From NCBI GenBank assembly GCA_964035545.1, contig OZ037770.1, positions 14,622,642 to 14,686,641 of the forward strand: a stretch of DNA of 64,000 nt, read 5' to 3'. How positions within the stretch are numbered: position 1 is the first letter of the stretch; every line of letters starts with the position of its first letter. The notes under the pieces were generated by a model. That model ran no database searches. It saw only the letters and a list, made by a program, of their open reading frames with translations, and was not told the origin of the DNA. The translations under genes were made by a program, and so were the position numbers. Below, one piece after another: positions 26,501-38,555 of the stretch. The DNA comes from Bugula neritina (Eukaryota > Animalia > Bryozoa).

Positions 26501-27304
26501 ACTTTATATTCGCAAATGGCAACTGTATTAGCAAATGGCAACTTTATATTCGCAAACGGCAACTGTATTAGCAAATGGCAACTTTATTAGTAACTTCAGT
26601 AATGAATTGCCAACTGTTGCTGAAAAGCAGCAGTTCATGTCTACGAGAACTTCAATTTTAAATTATTTTTTTCGTAGTTTCATATTTTACAGTATTATAT
26701 TGTAAAATGTTGTCTATTTTCAGTTTCACATGACACTCATGTATTTAGACTGGCAGAGCCACTGAATGAAACTCTAATATTAGATAAACTAGACTATCCA
26801 ATCAACATGTGGGGAGCTGAAAATGGTAAGACAACTTCCTACTTGCTTCTTTATTATGAATTTATGTGCCATCTGATTTAAATCAGTTTGTTTTCAGTTT
26901 TGGTGTGGTTGTATATTCTGAAAAATGTTTTTATTATATTTTCTAGTAAGGGCTACCTAATTCTGCAGGTGTAATTTTCTTACTTGCCAGCTTCTATCTT
27001 TAATTTAGTTGAAAATTTTCAGGTTTCTTTGAAGTTGTCTCTCTTTTCATGATTAAATTTTTTTTTATTTTTAGCAATGATATGGACGTTCAAATTTATA
27101 CTAAAGTTTACCGTGCGTAATCCAGCTAAAGTATTGGCCACATATCATAATCACTGCTCTAAAGTTCACGGCCCAAGTAAAGAGGGTATTGATGAACATA
27201 AATATTCAATACTATATTTGCCCAATGCTAATTGGACAAAGCAAGACGTCCTCGACAGTAAAATAGACTACGAAGACAAATTATCGTATAAAATGTTCAG
27301 CTGA
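14533..27304 (+). CDS. Putative glycosyltransferase-like type II membrane protein, paralogue 2 (~368 aa)
   Basis: Exons 14533-14608, 21416-21568, 21965-22081, 23388-23533, 24606-24747, 25180-25320, 26724-26825, 27075-27304; phases consistent. N-terminal signal-anchor MATLVALKKVLIGFGIVVLCIWMYI; motifs AMNGDI, YSLSRY, SHDTH, WGAEN, YHNHCS. Confidence 0.85.
16928..17027. repeat. (CACT)n microsatellite
   Basis: Direct reading. Confidence 0.95.
17058..17245 (-). mobile_element. tRNA-derived SINE-like family B copy
   Basis: Similar to 2605-2755 and 52182-52360. Confidence 0.7.
22157..22315. mobile_element. MITE family C copy
   Basis: Same TIRs and internal aaagcctgtgttctagattagaaatgtagc as the other copies. 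Confidence 0.8.
23739..23888. mobile_element. MITE family C copy (inverted)
   Basis: aggtgcagtagcggagaaattga ... tctctattactgcacct. Confidence 0.75.
24800..24890 (-). mobile_element. tRNA-derived SINE-like family A copy
   Basis: gggattcgaacccgagacctctggcttgcaaggaggcgtgctaaccattacac (reverse-complement A and B boxes). Confidence 0.7.
25871..25943. repeat. 18-bp tandem repeat (actcgtacgccgatatca) x4
   Basis: Direct reading. Confidence 0.9.
26420..26590. repeat. 19-21-bp minisatellite (gcaaatggcaactgtatta)
   Basis: Direct reading. Confidence 0.9.
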
Positions 27305-28962
27305 GCTATAAGCAGTGAAGATACTGTTCTAGTCACACTTTCCCTATGTCGGTACAATCAGTTAAACTGGCGAATCTTTGTGGAATATATTTTTGTAACA
27401 TAATGTTTTTAGGTTAAGGCTGTTTAGTTTATATTATATATTTTGCACTGTTGCAATGCAAGCGGTTTTCTGGTCAAACTTATAGCTGGGGTTCTGATGC
27501 CATGACCTTTGACATCTGTAACGGCAGCGGATAAATAATAAACTGCATCTCTTATTGATGACTTTATAAATGTTAAGTTTTAAAATATTACAAAGAGGCG
27601 TGTCCGTGAAGTAGCCAATTGTCACCCGGTTATTTTTTACCTGAATATATCATTCTTTTTAAAGGTTTATCTGCTGAAACATTTAGTTTATCAAATTACA
27701 TCATTTGTATGTGTGCTCCAGGTTTTTAAACTTTATTATATCTCTACAAAAAATATGAAGTGCTCAATTATGTCAGAATGGTTTAATATAACAATATGTC
27801 TGATGTATAGTGTGTATACCGTCATGTGTGTGTATATATACAAGTATGTGTATAATATACATATGTATATATATAAATTGATGCCATTCCTACAAAAGTC
27901 AGAACAATATTAATTAAGATGAATTTTAATTTTTTATAACTTCAAAAGTAAGACATTCACTTGTTTACATCAACAAACAATAGAAGTGCTCGCACTGCTA
28001 TTTCTTTTGGTTGCGAAGTTTAATTATTTATATTTTTCTATTATAACCTATGTTATTGTTGCTTCTTTGATTAATATAGGAGTGTAGCCTAAATATAATT
28101 GCTAATAATTTTTTTTCAGGATTTAAAGTTTCTGTACATAATTTAATATTATGCAGTTTTACCTTTGAGGGGGGGGGGGAATGTTTCTTTTGACTTGAGC
28201 TTTTGAATTAATGATTTTTTAAGAATAAACTAAAAAGTAATGCAAGAAAATAAAGAATGGTGAACTAGCATTTACATAGCATGCTGTCTGTCGTGACCTA
28301 ATTATATTCATACACACTGAGCTCATGTCAATAAACTGTTTGTACCCTTGCTGTATATATTGTTATCAATTGAAATTGACTGAATGATGCTTTAAAATCA
28401 GTAATTAATAAAATATAAACAACAAATAATCCGTTTAGTTGCCTAGTTATTCACGAGAGTCTTATAGGCTCGAGGGTTGAGATCTTTCTGCTCAATTTTT
28501 TTAATCCAGTTCAACTCTAGAAATGCTGTCTTGAATACGAACACTAGAAAACTTGTTAGTAAACAAGTCAGTGTAGCTATTTTTAATAGTATTGGTTATT
28601 TATTCACTTGCTTTGTTATTCTTTATAAGATTATAGTTGAGATTGATGATCATCATCAAAGACTAGCAGGAGATTTTATTATAGATTATCGAACTTTTCA
28701 ACAGTAATCTTTTTTATGTTTAAGATGAAGCATGCATTATATAAAAGCTACTTGAAAAGCCTGTAAAAGCAACCAGGTTGAATATCCTTCTTTACAGACT
28801 CGCCACTTATTTCAGCGGCTTTTGTTTGAAATGTAGCATATTATGCAATGTTGTTAACCCAATCACTTAATGCCTGGTAAGTTCTCAAATATAGTGTGTA
28901 GAATGTGCAAGAATTACTGCATTACATGCATCAAGAAAGGGAAGAAAGTTGCATTGTTAAGT

Positions 28963-29125
28963 AGGTGCAGTAATAGAGAAATTGAGAAAAGCCTGTGTTT
29001 TAGATTAGAAATGCAGCAAGAGAAGCTATGTCCTTGAAATAATTTCAACCCCCCCCTACCAAACCAAACTTTAATAAAAATTAAAGAACATATTATAAGG
29101 CTATCTCAATTTCTCCACTGCACCT
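28963..29125. mobile_element. MITE family C copy
   Basis: aggtgcagtaatagagaaattgaga ... tctcaatttctccactgcacct. Confidence 0.8.
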
Positions 29126-29437
29126 GGTTGCATTATACTCGTATATAGAAATTTAAAGTGCTGCAGCAAACTTGAGTTAGTTACTAGCTTGCAGACTAGC
29201 ATGCAGTATGCAACTAGTTCATCAAATTACTAGTTAAGTATTTAAAGTCGATCAATAGATTGAATATACTGTTCTTTCACAAGCAACTATAAGTAAAGCA
29301 AAACTGACCATGTATCTAAGCACTTGACAGTTCAAATTCATACTGAATTGTATAAAGCTTTATTATTGCAAATTGCAAATCATATACAATCAAGCTTACT
29401 AAGTTTTCACAATTCTCAGTTGCTGTAAACTCGCACT

Positions 29438-32400
29438 ATGAAAGTATCGGCTAGAGCAGCTTTACCATTTTATATAGCTGTTTTCTTTCTTATTATTCTA
29501 GATGTGTATTATTGGGGTAAGTGGAGTTTTAGGTACATTTTGATAGTAGAAAATATGTTTTCTGAGAAGCTATAGACAGAAAACGGCACAAATGATATAT
29601 TATGCAATCAAAATAAAAGGACTACCTGTCTATAGTATGAAATACAACTTTAGTTATTTGTTCATAACATTTAGAGTTATTGACCAGTGAAGTGAAGATC
29701 TTTTAACAAAGTATTGAGTAATTAAAATCAACATTTTAAACTTTTTATAGTGTGCATGTCTTTTAAATGATGTAGATGTTTTTTCCTCTCAAAGTTACTA
29801 TCGAAAAGGCATCAGAAAGGATATGTCAATCCAAATCCTGGCTAAACAGAAGAGAATCCAATTTATAACACACGTTTCACAGTACTCTAAAAGCTACAAG
29901 TCTAATTTGTATCACGATACATCTACGAAGAGCTCATTGGAAGCTAGATACTTTCAGGATGTGCGAGAAAGAAAAGAAAACTCCGCAACTGAGTTCACAA
30001 GCACAACTGATGGGCGTGTCACGAGAAAAACTGAAACTCAATGTCAAATGACAGTGTCAAGGCCAAACAAGTTGCATGTCATTACAATGCTGAGCATCTT
30101 CAATGGTGAGCAGACGTCGTGTACTTGTAGTCGACTGTATGTAAGAATTGAGAAGACAACTCCTGTTGTAAGATCAGAACACTACCAGAGTAAAACTTTG
30201 ATGACCAATTATCTAAGGATAACTTAAACTAATGCTTTATTCATTTAGAAGCGGTACTCAGTAGTTGAGAAATTGAGATAGCCTAAGTTCTCTAATATTT
30301 TTACTAAATTTTGGTTTGGGCGAAGGGTTGAAATTCTTGCGAGAACATAACTTCTTTTGCTACATTTCTAATCTAGAACACAGGCTTTTCTCAATTTCTC
30401 CATTATACTGCATCTACCTCACTTTCTTTCTATTTCTGATATTGTTTTAGTTTACTGTGACTTGCATTGAATATGCTCTTAATTCCACTCCATTAAATTT
30501 GCATAAAATACGGCAGCAATATGTGAAACGAATGACCATAATGTCTGTTATATATAGGAGTTGGGTGGAAAGCATATCAGAACTTTTCACAAAGAGATCT
30601 GAAAGAAAGAGACGATGAATATTTGAACACCTTGGAACAAAATCTGAATCATAATTTAGTGAAGGAAATTCACCTCTTCTATACTGATGACAATTCAATG
30701 CAGGTGAGTTGACACTTTAATGCTGGTGAGTTGACACTTTAATTCAGGTGAGTTGACACTTCAATGCAAGTGAGTTGACACTTTAATGCAGGTGAGTTGA
30801 CACCTTAATTCAGGTGAGTTGACACTTTAATGCAGGTGAGTTGACACTTTAATGCAGGTGAGTTGACACTTTAATTCAGGTGAGTTGACACTTTAATGCA
30901 GGTGAGTTGACACTTTAATGCAGGTGAGTTGACACTTTAATGCAGGTGAGTTGACACTTTAATTCAGGTGAGTTGACACTTCAATGCAGATGAGTTGACA
31001 CTTCAATGCAGGTGAGTTGACACTTCAATGCAGGTGAGTTGACACTTCAATGCAGGTGAATTGACACTTTAATGCAAGTGAGCTGACATTTCAGTACTTA
31101 CAGGTGAGTTGATAATATTGGGTCTGCAATCTAAAAACCTCCATGCAATGAAATCTGTGGTCATACCCCCACCACAGATCTTGGTCACAGTTATTTTTAT
31201 AGATTATTATCTAAACTAGATTTAATTAATTTTCACATTAGGTACCCAAAAATGCATAGTGTTAAATTTGAAATGTATATACAGCTCAGTAGCTAATTGT
31301 CTAAAAACTTTCTATTTGAAACAAGGAAGTAAATATTATATATAAAGCTAATTTTCAATGCCATGTGCCAGCTCTAGATATACGATATATACGCTGTTAC
31401 TGGTTTGTTTTCACAAAGGTCGTCAGAAGGAAACAGTTTCGAAACCAGCACAAGATAATTCCGGTTAAGTCTGGCAGACGTTTACATATGGCGGATTTCT
31501 TTATTTACGCATCAAGAAACCTGATAAATAAGACTGTGGTGGCGCTAAATGGAGACATAGGTTTGTGGTTTGTATAATAGGCAACATACAGTATATTTAT
31601 GTTATTACTGTTAGGGCTTGCTGGCTACTAGGAGCTAAAGCTAAGTTATGAATTTCATTGACATACTGTTTGGTTGGCAAAAATGCCTTGTCAAGTTTTT
31701 AGTCAATTAAAAGTTTCTACTCTGTCTTGATCAAGACGGGGGGGGGGGGGGGGGGGGGGGGAGGGGGGGGGAGGGGGTCATGGAGCATGCCCTTACAAAG
31801 TGGGCATATGGTAAGAATTGCTGATGCTGACATAGATGGGTGTAGATTTCCGCAGTTTGTCTCTTACAAGTACAAGTGAAATATATGTGCAGAAAATTGC
31901 TCAGTTGTAAGGCACTGCAGCTAAATACCAATACTCATAGTCATATAAGTCACAACCCAAGAGCTAAATGATCATAATTATAATGAAATGTTATGCTATA
32001 TTGCTGCTGGAAAATTAAAGATTTCATTCGCTGTAGAACATTCTTGCAATTTACTCATAAAACAGTACCATCTTATGCATTACTTTAATTCTACTAGTGT
32101 GAGAATTACTGGCTTCATACAATGGCTTTGTAAAAGTAGACTTGGGAATTTCCAACTTAAGTGTTTGCAATTGATGCACTTGTTTGGTCTGTCAGAATAA
32201 AATGAATAAAATCATATTAGATGTTAAATCATATTTTATTATATACTATCATAATATAATATCATGTCTTTAAAAGCATAACATATTATATCATATGAAG
32301 CATGTTATATTATATTATATAGAGCATAATATTATATTATATCATGTCATACAAAGCATGTTATATATTATATCATATAAAGCATAACATATTATATTAT

Positions 32401-35400
32401 AGTTTATCATATATCATACAGTACCTACTACACTATAGTTTAAATTATTACAAATATTATCACATTATATTACATTATATACTATATCACTTTATATCAC
32501 ATCATTACCTATTATATCACATAAAATATTAAAACTAAAACAATACACAATTAAATAGCTTACAGTAATTACAATATTCTTTTTTATATAACAAGCTAAC
32601 CAATCATGATTCCATAAAGTATAAAAAGCTTATGTTGCAATGATTGATACAGTATTATAGTTATACACAGTTAGTTTAAGGTCACACTTTTCATTTTCTG
32701 GCTCTTTGCCAGGTGCTTTATGTTCTATATGAACAATGTTCCACTGATAGCTCGAACAGGTTGAATGTCACAGGAACAAAAAATATATGAAAAGATAAAG
32801 AAACTTATGTTCTCCAATATACTTTTTTATTTTTTTCAAAAACCAATTCATGTTTAAGTTATAGCTTGTTGAAAAACATAGTCCCCCTTCCACATTCTTT
32901 TCAATTTATACGCTCCTGACTTGTTATTGTGTCTCAATATGCCTTGTATTTGAGTGCTAGTTAGTCTCGCTTCACTAACTTTGCCTATACTTCACAAGTA
33001 CCAGTGCTGCTGGCTCAAAAGCTAAATGTTATAAACTGTCAGCTAAAGCCCAATCTTGTATTCCTAGGTTGGTTGGCCTAAATAAAACAATAGTCAAATC
33101 ATGATTTCATGTTTTAAAAATTTACTCTATTCTAACCTGCTGCCTAGCTATAGTTCTATTTTTGATGTATAATTACAAAATTTGTGATACATTTTTTTGG
33201 CAACCATGTGATTTATAAAATGCAGTAATAGTACTTATAATATTATATTATTATCATTATAATATATTATATAGTATTATGTGTGTTTTTATTATACTGC
33301 ATAATATCTATTTTATTATTGTTGTTGTGCAAACAAGTGCAATTAACCTAGTTTTCAAAATGTACCTCTAAATTATCAGAATATCAGTTTAGATATGTTC
33401 ATGCTTTGTAAGGTAAACCTAAAAAAAGAGGCTGTATTCCCAAAGTAAAGGGTGTTGAACTATGAACTATATTAGATTAGCCACTCTGCTACCAAGTGCA
33501 TCAGTATAATATTATATGAATAGCTCCGATGCTTTGTCTCCGGTGGCTGGCTGCGATATGATAACTTGGCCAACTTCCAAGAGTTTAAAATTGGCGCAAT
33601 TATTCAAGAGGTTACATACTGCACAGAGCTAGCAGTGATAGTAACCTTGCTATTGACAGTACTTATTACAACTGCCAGCATATAAGCGGCATTGTAGAAT
33701 GCCGTTGGGGTAGGCTAGTAAAACCAAATTCTGCTCTCTAATATACCTTAGACACAATGCAGCAACACAATTTTTAGTTTCAAATTACATTTGCCACCCT
33801 TACATGAGCTGTGGGCTTCATAAAGATTCATATGATTAGAGATTTATGCTATAGGCCCTATCTGTGCTAGTGTATGATGAAAATAACACACCATTGTCAA
33901 AGTTAACTTCAAGTATGTTGTTTTCCAGAAACTCAGTAATGTCCATTTATCTCTCGCATACAAATACTTATGTAATAGCATACAGTTTAAGTTTTATTTT
34001 AGAGCACACCTGCAAACTCTACAATAAGAGCTTGCTTTACCAGTCTATTTCAGACCTGTTTTTGTAGCTAGCAATACGCAAGCTACTTATTTTTTAAACT
34101 TTTGGGTTATTTGTTCAAAACCATTAGCTTTGCTAGTAACCTGAGACTATTGCAACAGTTGACTGCTATCAACATCAATTGACAGCCTAATAATTATAAC
34201 CCATTTGCCGCGAAATATTCATGTAATGATAGTTACTTATATAGTGCGCATTTTAATATCGATGACTGCGTGGTCCAGAAGTTAGAGGCGTCAGCGAGGA
34301 GTTGGTTGGTCATGGTTCAACTCTGTTTTGTTGCAATTTTTTTTATCAACTTATGCAAATCTTACGCATGTATAATAAATATGGCTATAATTGTAAAGTT
34401 TTTTTTAAACTTTTGTTCAACAGTAAGACAACATACATGCATAATAATTAGATACTGAACACTGGACTAAACCTTAAATTGATCTTATAGAATACAATGT
34501 ACTTAAAATAATCATATGCGAATTAGAGAAACTGGAAGTACAACTGCTGCACTATAGACAGACCTTTACTGACAAGACTGCAAAGTGAAGTGATTTAGCT
34601 GAAATTAACTCTGCCAAACAAACAAAGAATTATGTTGTGCTGAGGCATTTTCAATATATTATTGTAACATAGTGAGATGATTCAGCTAAGTGCTAATGTA
34701 AAACAGGGAACATTATATTGGCAGAAATCCAATAGATTGCCAATTTGTGCGAGAGGGTACTATATGTTATTGTGATAGCGCAGAGCGGCAAACGTACTAG
34801 GAATGTTATAATTAGTCACAGGAGCGTAGCTAGAACCACCATATGAAGAATTTAGAAAATTGCAGTGAAACTTGCAAAATGGTGTATGTTTTTACCAAAT
34901 TGTGAAGAGCATAAACAGAATTTCAAAAAACAAAGAAAGTATATTAGAGAAAACATATCAAGGAATGTCAAGTTTAACTTTTAGACTTTATAAAATGAAT
35001 CCCCTGTGCTACAGCAGTGGAACATGGAGGGTGTAAAATTTTACTTATTATGCAACAACTTTCTCAGAAAATTTTTTATTGAAAAATTAAAAAAGTATAT
35101 GAAAGAGGAATGCAAGAGCTATCTTTTCATGGTAAAATTGTTAATGTGAGACAAAAACTGTTCGAGCTATCCCCTGGAAACCGTCTATATATAACATAAA
35201 GCAGTGCTTGAATCTGGAAAGTAATGACCTTAAACTAACTGTGTATATGTACATATATATAAGAATTATTTATATTGATCCAGTATTAGTTCTACACATT
35301 ACAACTTATTCATGTTCATACAGTGCTGGGGGATGGATTTGAGGCAATAGACACGGAGAGACTGATGAATGAAAAGGTGATGTATTCTCTTACCAGATAC

Positions 35401-36449
35401 AACCTGGAAAACCAAAATAAAACTTGCAACACTTCTAACATGGTTTTACCTTCCGCGTATGATGGTGAGATTAACGTCTAAAGTTGATTTTGTTAATTAG
35501 TAGCTTCAAATTTCAATCATCATATTATATTATAATTTATTATATTTGATTTATTGCGCAACTTCTCTATGTTGGCCAAGTGCTAATTATTTATTCTATT
35601 GCAGTCACATTAAAATATATTTTTTTTATCTCGTACTAAATAATTCATACTTGAAAATGTTTAAATTGTATTGTTTATGGCATAGTAATTATTTAAAAAG
35701 AGTTTTGTTTCCTTTTAGCATCACATGATTCGCATATATTCAGACTAGGAAAGCCACTAGATGAAGAGATTCTTACAGACTATTTAGATTTCCCTATAAA
35801 CATGTGGGGTGCAGACAACGGTAAGACAACTCTAGGTAATGCCACATAGAAAGTAATTATTATGTATAAATAACTTAACTTGTTAAATATTATCAATTAT
35901 GTTTATGTGACTATAACTATTTTATAAAAAACATTTTTCACGAAATTTGATGAACTTGAAGCTATAGCTATAACTGTGAAAAACATTTTTTTTTGCAAAA
36001 GCTCTAAATATTATTGTATCACAGTAAAATAAGTTTGAAGGTTATGCGTGTCTAAAAATTTTATTAAAAGTATTAAAATGGAGTCCCCTTATCAACTGGA
36101 AATAACATAGCATTAAGTAAACTTTTTGTGCATATATAAAATAATTTTTCTTACAGCAATGCTATGGGTGTTTAGATTCAAATTCAACTTCACGGTTAGA
36201 AACCCATGCCTGGTGCTAAAAACATATCACAATCACTGTGTAAAGGTACACGGACCAAAGCAGATGGAAGTCAGGAAAACTAAATATTCAATTTACTTTA
36301 TTTCTTACCGGGGCTGGAAGCTAGCACACGTGCTCGAGAGTGCTACCTACTTTGAGAATTGTCTTGAGTACGGCTGGCAAGGAAAGAGCCCAATCTCTGC
36401 ACATAAAGACCCCAAGGCTATTGATAGTATACAAAACGAAAAAACATGA
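29438..36449 (+). CDS. Putative glycosyltransferase-like type II membrane protein, paralogue 3 (~410 aa)
   Basis: Exons 29438-29516, 29776-30105, 30558-30703, 31419-31560, 35324-35464, 35719-35820, 36157-36449; phases consistent. Signal-anchor MKVSARAALPFYIAVFFLIILDVYYW; motifs ALNGDI, YSLTRY, SHDSH, WGADN, YHNHCV. Confidence 0.85.
30250..30419. mobile_element. MITE family C copy (inverted)
   Basis: gagaaattgagatagcctaagttc ... tctcaatttctccattatactgcatct. Confidence 0.75.
30695..31112 (+). repeat. 22-bp minisatellite made of the exon/intron junction (ttaatgcag|gtgagttgacact), ~19 copies
   Basis: The first unit overlaps the real donor at 30703/30704. Confidence 0.95.
31738..31777. repeat. 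Poly-G tract
   Basis: Direct reading. Confidence 0.9.
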
Positions 36450-36701
36450 AATTTCAAGATGGCTTCTACTTAAATTACAGTTTACAGTTACTTTCTCCAT
36501 AGTGTTCAAGATAATAATGTTTTAAAAAATTAAACGGATTTTAGAAAAACCAAGTCTGCCTATGTAATTACTGATTTTCATTTTTACAAGATTTTGCTCA
36601 AAATAATATTTTTGTCAACATTTCGATAATTAAGACAAATAACTTGATTTGCTAAATAAAAGAATTATATAAAATCGTACGTTTTTTTAAAAAAAAAATT
36701 T

Positions 36702-36790
36702 CCCCCTCTAGGATTCGAACCTGCAAGCAGGCACACTATCACACCACAAGAGTCACAGGAGTCACTGGGTTAACTTAGCTCAACAGCAGT
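36702..36790 (-). mobile_element. Degenerate tRNA-derived family A copy
   Basis: ggattcgaacctgcaagcaggcacactatcacaccacaag. Confidence 0.5.
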
Positions 36791-38555
36791 TCTCAAAAAA
36801 ATTGATTCAACTAATGTATTTTTATGCAGTTACAACAATTTCCTAGTCTTTGTAAAAATAAAATCACACGAATATATTTTCCTTTGTAATTATATAAATG
36901 TTGAGTTGTTTTTATTCAAGCATACTGAAAGAAAAGAACAATTACTTTATAATTTTTGTTTCTATAATAAATGAATAATTGAAAAAAATATGCAGTGTAC
37001 ATATGATCTAGTATAGAACTTATTCAATGTTACTTTATTTTCTTATTCAGACATAAATTTTCATAATATCTGTCACATTGATTTAAAATATATTTTAGCT
37101 GAAAAGCATTTTTTCTATATCAAATTACAGTTTTATATAATTTTTGGCTTATTACGTATTATGCGCAATCTATTACTATGCTCGCTTTAGAAGAAAGGTT
37201 ATAATATTGGAAAAAGCTGAGTTGTCTTCCCTCTGAAAGAAGCATTTTTTTATAGCCTTAGCAGTATTTATAATAAATATTATATTATGATACTGAGGTA
37301 GTGAAGTTACGACTTTAGGGCCTCTTTTTTGGCTCGAGACCGACAAAGACAATCTTACCAGTGTAATCCTTTGAATGTTATGCATACGTTACAGCGACAA
37401 AATATTATAAACTTAACGCATAACCCATATATTTAAGTCTTTTAACCATTTGTTTTCACTATCATGCAATTCGTAATCTCAGTCTGTGTAATAATTGAAA
37501 TATTGTTACCTAGGTTTGATGCGTTCCAAAAAGTTGAATTAAAAATTACATTTCAATTACCACCGGTATCAATATGAATATGAGTATCATTATCAGTATT
37601 AGTATCAGTATGAGTAGTCAACAGTATCAGTTGCAGTATTACTATGACTATTAAATATCATGAATATGACTATGAGTTTCAGATTGAGATTGATATCTAG
37701 GACTAGTACAACTGTACAACTACAACGTCAACTGTAAAAGTTGAAGTAGTAGTACTTCAAGTTGTAAATTAAAATTAAAATAGGGAAGTTCTTGCACTAT
37801 GACTATAGTTTTACAAAAACTAATACTTTTAGTTTAAAAGATAAACTTGTGTGAGTTTTTTAAAGTATTGGAATAAGTATTACTATTAGTATTAGTATTA
37901 CTGTTAGTATCGCTCTATTACTATTACTATAACTTAAACTATTACTATTAGTATATGTTGATATTAATATCACATTGGCGTAGACTGATGCTGATAGAGT
38001 GATAGTCATATTTGTATCAATATGTATTAATATTATTATTATTGTATATATTCTATTTCTAATGTCTTTATTTAATGTTGCAATTAGAAACATCAACATA
38101 GTAATAGTTTAAACTCGTACTGATATTGGCCGTCATACTCATAGTCAGAGGGATTTAACATCAATACGAGTATAAGCGAGGATTATGAGTGTTTTTAGTG
38201 TACATTTAATATTTAAATTTTGAATTTATTTTCTTCAAAAGTAGATACTTAAGCTAAAGCAGGTTTGGTTAATACTGTTATATGTGAATAGCCTATGCTA
38301 CTTATCTTTCATTTATCTTTGGCTGAATTTTCCAGTCTACGAATTTGATAATAAACAATTAAAACTCTTAGTTCAAAATATGTAGCTATCTTTTTTTTGT
38401 CATTTCAGTCACACAGTGTTGCTGATTGCTCATTCTCTATTTGTATTTGATCTTGGAATAGCTTCTAAACTGATACATTATATTTATGTTGGGTATTATC
38501 TTACTTCAGGTTATAGTCATAAACACCATAGGCATGAGAGTAGGCCTTCTAGAAG

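Noticed and set aside
30695-31112. CRISPR-like array (also 57928-58157, 620-945, 12052-12560)
   Set aside because: Units are contiguous with no unique spacers, there are no cas genes, and the context is eukaryotic introns, UTR or intergenic DNA.
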